Shown here one piece after another: positions 37,249 through 40,158 of a stretch of DNA of 40,158 bases. Origin of the DNA: Catajapyx aquilonaris (Eukaryota); the NCBI GenBank assembly GCA_000934665.2, contig JYFJ02003565.1, positions 1 through 40,158 of the forward strand, in the 5' to 3' direction. The notes under the pieces were generated by a model. The model had not been told where the DNA came from. It saw only the letters and a program-made list of their open reading frames with translations, and did not search any database. How positions within the stretch are numbered: position 1 is the first letter of the stretch; every line of letters begins with the position of its first letter. The position numbers and the translations under genes were made by a program.

Positions 37249-39886
37249 TTACAAATATGGATCATGTGCAGAATCCAAAAAGTAGCACTGCATAAGATAT
37301 AGATCCAGCCGAAACGTCCTGATGTAGGTGAGTACTTCTAAGACTTCATCTTTGGTAAGACCCCACCCCGACATATGACCTAGGTTACGCAGGGAGGGAA
37401 GTCCCAGCATCATCCACACCGACTTCTGTGTCAGATTTGGAGCATTTCCCAACCAGAACCAAGTCAGATCGGAGAGAGGATTCTTCATCACAGATTTAGA
37501 CAGCTCCAGGTCAGTTATGGTAACCTGTGAAAATTGAATACTGTACGTTAGATCCTTTGCAATAAGTGTACTGCATAAACTGGTGTAACAAATCACAAAA
37601 GGGATTACAAGTTGCCAGGAGTAATAATTTATGTACGTATATTCTCATAGTTATATTTTAAATTTATATTGGTTACTGAGTACTGGCACTTTTCCCACAC
37701 ACTTTCACTGCATTCTTTAGCTGGTAAAATCACAATGAATTTATTTGCTCTGAAAGAATTAAATAATTTTTTTTTGTCAACGTATTACACTTTCCAAGTC
37801 ACCCTGCACATTAGTGCATGCTCAGTTACTCACCTCTCCACTCACATTAACTTGCTGAAGAGAAGGACACTGTTGCAGGAGCATGGCCAATTTGAAGTCC
37901 TTGGTATCCAGGAAGCTCAGAGATATATTAGTCAGGTTGCTGTGCAAGTCAAAGTTCATCCCTGAGATAATGCTCAACTTCTGGGCACTCAGAGTAGGCA
38001 GGTCGGGGCAGGATTGCATGACCCTGACTAAGTTCAAATCACCTGTTCCATCCTCAAGGGTGAGGGAAGTCAGGGTCTGACCCTGTTCCTCCAAGTATGC
38101 CAACAGATGTTGGCAATCAAAATTCTTCAGTGTGAGTGTCCTCAGGTTCTGAATGACTACCAACTCATGGAGTGCTGTCGTACTGACCCCATCTAAAGAC
38201 AAAGTAACCAGGTCTGGAACCATCAGATGTACATCTAAGATGCCTTGTACTGTGATATCAATGTTCTGGAAGACTTTCAGGTCAGTAATGCGGACACCTT
38301 CTTTCCACAACAGCTTGAGCACCTCACTCATGTGGGGATAGTCTGTCACATCTTGTATCCTCCTACAGACCTTCATCACATCAGCCACCCCTTCTGGCGT
38401 CAATAACTTGGCATGGCAGGCCGTACCAAGCCCCAGAATCTTCAAGGTTTGGCAACAACTGAAATAACAAAGTGACCATTGTTGTAATAATACAATCACC
38501 ATGTCATGAATAATCACTAAACGTATTAAAACTGAGAAACCATACCCTTGACAAAATGCAACATGTGACAGTTAGTGACACAAATTTTGACAAAGCTAAA
38601 CCATGTTAAGTGCATGTGGGGAGGCGGAGTGGTGCTGCGGTAATGCACGCACCCATGGATGTAAGGGTACAGGGTTCGATACCAAGCCCGGGCATCCCCC
38701 CCTTCATCTCGTGCAGAGTTTGGTCGTCTCTGGTTCGTCTCGGGTGGAATCTCCAACAGACTAATCCATCTGGGGGAGTTCACAAAATGTACCGTTTGGG
38801 ACATTGCACTTGCACTTTGCACATCCTCCTCCCAGTCATCCCCCCTTTCGCTCGCAGTACCCAGGCGTTATGAAAAAGGACCACGTGCAAGCTTTGTACA
38901 TCTGAAGCATAATAAAGCCAGATGCCCTTCGTTGGGCGGTGCACTAACCCCAATTATTATTATGTTAAGTGCATGTGCTACATCCCTTTAATGCAAACAA
39001 AACCCAAGTAACTTAGCACTAATATATATTTTTAGTTTGATGTTATGCTCCTTTGCAGTACATAAATCTTCATGGCAAAAATTAAAAATTAACATTTATC
39101 CCCCATGTACATACGGGCTATTTCCCTTCTTCACAAGCCTTCTGAGCCCAAGATCTGTGACTCCGTTGCACCACCTGATGTCCAGTTGCTCCAGTATACA
39201 GCAGTTCCATCCTATTACCTCGAGAGCCTTGTTAGTGCACATGCTTTGCAGTGACAGCACCTTGATCACATGGAGGTTGGGCAGCATGGTCAGCAAAAGA
39301 GGTTCCATCTTGGGATCCAGCCTGATGTCCAGATGAAGCACTTCCAAGTGTCGACCTTCCTGTCGTATGAACTTCATCAGCCCACCCTGCATGGTGTCCA
39401 GGATATCCTTCACCTGAGAAACATAAGAGGTCCACTATGAATACAGAACCATTGGCAAATTATTTGCGCATGTCATGCTGGGAGAAAAAAAAATGACAAA
39501 GTACAGTAATTTAAAATAGATGTAACTGAACAAGATGTGAAATCAAACTGATACGGGTACTTGTAGACAACATAAGGTAAGCAGCTCACTTTGAGCTCTC
39601 TGACTCCAGGTCGTAGCAGGATCTTGATACCCAAGTAGCGCAGATGCAAGTCGATTGGCTTCAACAGCAAATGAGACAGCATATCTTGCCGCACATTGGC
39701 AGGCAACATGGAAGCGACGTAGTCCCCCAGTTGGTCATAGGCATAACATGGAATAGTATCTGGGGGAAGACCACTGCGGTGACGTTTGCATCTAGAGCGA
39801 TGATTTGAAAGTGAGCCGACTAGTTTGTTGCAGACATCTGTTGTCGACAAGCACTTCAGAGATGCCACCGGTATCACAGGAGCCAT
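37249..39886 (-). CDS. Leucine-rich-repeat (RNI-like/Cys-containing LRR) protein with BC-box/Cul2-box-like N-terminus, ~498 aa
   Basis: Exons 39886-39590, 39413-39115, 38458-37834, 37524-37249 (phases 0,2,0; 1497 nt). LRRs include LEQLDIRWCNGVTDLGLRRL, LKILGL, LRTLTL, LTSLTL and CPSLQQV. The ATG directly follows a CAG acceptor, with a probable 5'UTR intron at 39887-40026. Confidence 0.85.
38619..38961 (+). mobile_element. tRNA-derived SINE (second family), in intron 2 of the LRR gene
   Basis: A-box-like TGGTGCTGCGG, B box GGTTCGATACC (38673-38683), short (ATT)n tail, and a 16-bp TSD ATGTTAAGTGCATGTG (38603-38618 / 38962-38977). Confidence 0.85.
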
Positions 39887-40158
39887 CTGAATAATTTTTA
39901 ATATCAATTAAACACGAAATTATGTCTGAAAAGCGCATGCTATGACAGTCATACGTCATCAACAAATAAAAATGTTCGTGCCCTATCAATGTAGCACTGT
40001 GCATGCTCATCAAATGAACACCCTACCTCCACTGTCCAGTTCTCTTGTGTGTTCTGTCCCACAAATGGGGAGTCAACAAGCAGCCGGTGTGAGGCCGATC
40101 GCGCGCATGCCCTCCCGATCTATGTTCGAATGGGGCACGTTGCCAGCTGCCCCCCCCC

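Overview
This is eukaryotic, intron-containing arthropod DNA, most likely pancrustacean (inferred from the GSEFLamide-type neuropeptide gene). Bases 1-21 kb contain no protein-coding gene I can support, only AT-rich sequence with palindromic MITEs, a Helitron and decayed repeats. Bases 21-40 kb hold five compact spliced genes, each reconstructed by hand with phase-consistent GT-AG introns: (1) an EFLamide/GSEFLamide (TRH-type) neuropeptide precursor with 10 MGSEFL-amide copies (+); (2) a 12-exon POMGNT1-like (ILEI + GT13) type II membrane protein whose catalytic acidic motifs look degenerate (-); (3) mitochondrial ribosomal protein uL2m/mRpL2 (+), head-to-head with (2) across 183 bp; (4) a 5-exon, 14-Cys, signal-peptide plus probable GPI-anchor protein that the ORF track shows only in fragments (+); (5) an LRR protein with a BC-box/Cul2-box-like N-terminus (-). 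There are also two tRNA-derived SINEs, a 5'-truncated LINE and a 64-bp retro-insertion, all with target-site duplications. The LINE, the 64-bp insert and one SINE share a covarying 3'-terminal stem-loop. All family assignments come from motif recognition, not database searches.
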